Program-made: the position numbers and the translations under genes
Assembly: GCA_963826525.1 (NCBI GenBank)
Contig: CAWGXH010000003.1
Location: 448,001 to 512,000 of the forward strand
Reading direction: 5' to 3'
DNA from: an uncultured Methanomicrobiaceae archaeon
GTDB lineage: Archaea > Halobacteriota > Methanomicrobia > Methanomicrobiales > Methanoculleaceae
Length of the DNA: 64,000 bases
Notes under the pieces: generated by a model
What the model was told of the DNA's origin: nothing
Databases searched by the model: none
What the model saw: only the letters and a program-made list of their open reading frames with translations
Part shown: positions 61,787-64,000 of the stretch, one piece after another
Layout: each line of letters starts with the position of its first letter
How positions within the stretch are numbered: position 1 is the first letter of the stretch

Positions 61787-62350
61787 TCATCGTGCCGGGG
61801 CAGCCATCGGCTTCTTCTGCTCCTGTGCATCGGCCGCTTCGACCGCGTCCCGAAGCGCCGCTCCGGCCATCACGAGGGCTTCCGGCGTGACCATGCCCTG
61901 GGCGATAAGGAACCCGTTTGCATCTCGGAGCGCCTGTTTGAGGTCCTTCGCCCAGAGGTGCTCGATGAGCATGATGCCGGCGGCGGTGTCGTTCGGGATT
62001 TCGTCCGCGATCCTCTTGACGTTCTCCTCGGTCATCCCGAAGCTCCTCTCGGCAGCCGCCATGGTGCCGGCCTCGGCACCGGTCTGTGCTCCCTCCTCCC
62101 CGCCGGCCCCGAAGCCGATGAGCGCGCCGACGACGGAGCCGAAGCGCTCACGCTCCTCATCGCTCAGCTGGGTAGCCTCCACGCCGCTGACCTTGCCGTC
62201 TGCGTCTTTGTACACGAACCGGAGGTCGATCATCCTGACGACACCCTTCTCCATCGCCGACCCGAGCGCTTTTCGGATCTGGCCGTGGAAGTCCGGGTTC
62301 TCGAATCCGATGACCAGGAGCTGCATCGGTCCATACATAACTTCAGCCAT
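61787..62350 (-). CDS. DUF6325/DUF1269-like protein
   Basis: GPMQLLVIGF....F.G.I...L......VR.ID..FV.KD, glycine-zipper GSVVGALIG.GAGG, LIEHLWA. Confidence 0.75.
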   Translation of the reverse strand: MAEVMYGPMQLLVIGFENPDFHGQIRKALGSAMEKGVVRMIDLRFVYKDADGKVSGVEATQLSDEERERFGSVVGALIGFGAGGEEGAQTGAEAGTMAAAERSFGMTEENVKRIADEIPNDTAAGIMLIEHLWAKDLKQALRDANGFLIAQGMVTPEALVMAGAALRDAVEAADAQEQKKPMAAPAR

Positions 62351-63058
62351 GTTGTGTTCCCCCTTGACTAAATACATAGGTTGCCCGCCCGCACGCCATG
62401 ATCCGGTGCCCCATGCTGACGAATCAAAGAGCAGAGTGTTTCTCCCTGCAATCTTCACGCCTCTCTGGCAGCGTGCAGACCGGCGGCGGGTTCGAACCAT
62501 GATGGGGTGTCAAATATAAAATAGTATTTATACAATTCAGGTACGCCCGAATATCCGGATACTTTCCGTTTTCAGAGCCATTTCTCCCCAATCAGGCTCC
62601 GTGCCCTCCGGCATTCCTGTCCTGCCGTCTCGACGGACTCGTTGATTGCTCATCTCTCAGTTTTTCTTCTTTCTTTGCTGCGATACAGAGCAATCCGGCA
62701 TCACCCCGGCGGGGCAGAACCGCTCTCTGCCGTTCGTTCCTGAGTCCGGAATCCCACAAAATCCGGTGCAACCGCCGCAGGTATCTATATATACTCTCTC
62801 CTCTATCCTGCCGCGACGTGGGATCAGTGATACCGTGGACGTTTTCACCCTACACCGCCTGCAAGTAGTTCTTCCCTTTTCAGAACGGTTAACAAGACAT
62901 ACGCACGTCCGGCGCAGCGGAGATACCCGGGAAACGGGGAGAACACCATCCACCTGTCTGCACAGGACCAACGCACGCGGGATCGTGATCGCATGCACAC
63001 GAGCTCTCCCGCCTCTCAAGAGACGGAGAACTTGCAACAGTCGAGGAAGGTGAAACAT

Positions 63059-64000
63059 ATGAGAAGTATATCTTTCAAGGCGATGACCGTCGCGATTCTC
63101 GTCATCGTCGTCATCTGTGCGACGGGACTCGTTTCGGCACTGCCACCTATCGGGCAGCCTACGGGACCGCCGGTAGTAGTCGCACCTCCGACTACGGTAC
63201 CGCCGACACCGACGCGAACCCCAATCGTCGGACCGACAATAGTAGTCGAACCGCCAATAGCCGTACTTCCGACGGATACACCCCGGATACTGCCGACGGT
63301 CACACTGACGCCGACGCCGACAATGACACCGTCGGTCACGCCTACGCCAACGCAAACACCGACCGTGACACCGACGCCAACGGTCACGCCGACGGCTACC
63401 CCTACAGCCACACCTACGCAGTCGCAACCATCGACGGTCACCCCTCTGCGGCCGTCACCGCCGGCGGTCGCACCTCCGCAATTGCCGCCGCCGTCCCAGC
63501 AGAACGTCTCGGCAGGTGCCGGGATACAGGTATCGAGCGGCCCGGCGGATACTATGTATCCTGCAATATCCGGAGAGAGTATCATCTGGGTGAAGAACGA
63601 TTCATCGAACGATTCGGTCTCGGTGCAGCTCTACAATACGTCCTCGGGAAACACCTCGACCATATCCAATGCCACGTCGGTCCCTCTCGTTATGCCGTAC
63701 CAACTTGCCATCGCTCAAAATAACGCTGTCTGGTCGGGAACAGACCCGCAGACGGGAGGCATCAACATCTACCTCTACGACACCGCTTCGGCCGGGCTCC
63801 GGCAGGTGACGGAAGACGGCCCCGGGGCGCAGCTGGACCCGGGTGTTTCGGAAGGCTACATCATCTGGACGAACCTTACGAACGAGTCGAGCGATGTATA
63901 CCTCTACGAGATTGCAGGCGGAAACATCACACCCCTGGTCACCGATCCCTACTACCAGATGGAGACGGCCATCGGTGGAAATACGACGGCCTGGGTGGAT
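63059..64000 (+). CDS. Cell-surface protein with Pro/Thr linker and methanogen-type beta-propeller repeats; runs off window edge
   Basis: GGTGA RBS; MRSISFKAMTVAILVIVVICATGLVSA signal; PT repeats; YPAISG..I.W, IYLYD, Q.DP.VS...I.W, DVYLY repeats. Confidence 0.82.
   Translation, partial: MRSISFKAMTVAILVIVVICATGLVSALPPIGQPTGPPVVVAPPTTVPPTPTRTPIVGPTIVVEPPIAVLPTDTPRILPTVTLTPTPTMTPSVTPTPTQTPTVTPTPTVTPTATPTATPTQSQPSTVTPLRPSPPAVAPPQLPPPSQQNVSAGAGIQVSSGPADTMYPAISGESIIWVKNDSSNDSVSVQLYNTSSGNTSTISNATSVPLVMPYQLAIAQNNAVWSGTDPQTGGINIYLYDTASAGLRQVTEDGPGAQLDPGVSEGYIIWTNLTNESSDVYLYEIAGGNITPLVTDPYYQMETAIGGNTTAWVD

Noticed and set aside
1-64000. tRNA, rRNA or riboswitch genes
   Set aside because: None was recognisable by eye; the long intergenic gaps (21.8-22.4 kb, 62.4-63.0 kb) would need an Infernal/Rfam scan to exclude ncRNAs.

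Overview
GC-rich (roughly 60% by eye) archaeal DNA, most consistent with a Methanomicrobiales-type methanogen. Evidence: TATA/BRE promoters, GGTGA ribosome sites, AGC-lipobox lipoproteins rich in N-x-S/T sequons, a methanogen-type beta-propeller surface protein and an ISH3 relic. The taxonomy is inferred, not proven. More than 20 otherwise intact genes carry single-base frameshifts, probably long-read consensus errors, so many genes are stitched together from several ORFs. Three blocks are visible. (1) 1-16.7 kb: a GH15 hydrolase and sugar porter, then a mostly co-oriented redox cluster. It holds two tandem, divergent cytochrome bd subunit I (CydA)-like genes without CydB or a Q-loop, two secreted PQQ-dehydrogenase-type beta-propellers, two type-1-copper cupredoxins and accessory lipoproteins. 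This candidate PQQ-dehydrogenase -> cupredoxin -> CydAA' chain is the most novel signal. (2) 17.5-37.6 kb: two paralogous P-type IIIA H+-ATPases bracket a storage-carbohydrate/bacterial-type glycolysis cluster (YHS-glucan phosphorylase, TreT, PfkA, GpmA, PMM/PGM, class I GAPDH, D-2-hydroxyacid dehydrogenase, PEP synthase) plus an AbiE toxin-antitoxin pair and HicB. (3) 38-62.4 kb: an accessory patchwork of duplicated modules and relics (flavodoxin x2, each next to a probable Cas1-solo C-terminal remnant, BASS transporters, DUF6325/SHOCT, DUF1254/DUF1214, MBL hydrolase, TMEM175, ClC, Mo-oxidoreductase, a low-GC alpha-solenoid gene). No rRNA, tRNA or CRISPR array was recognised.
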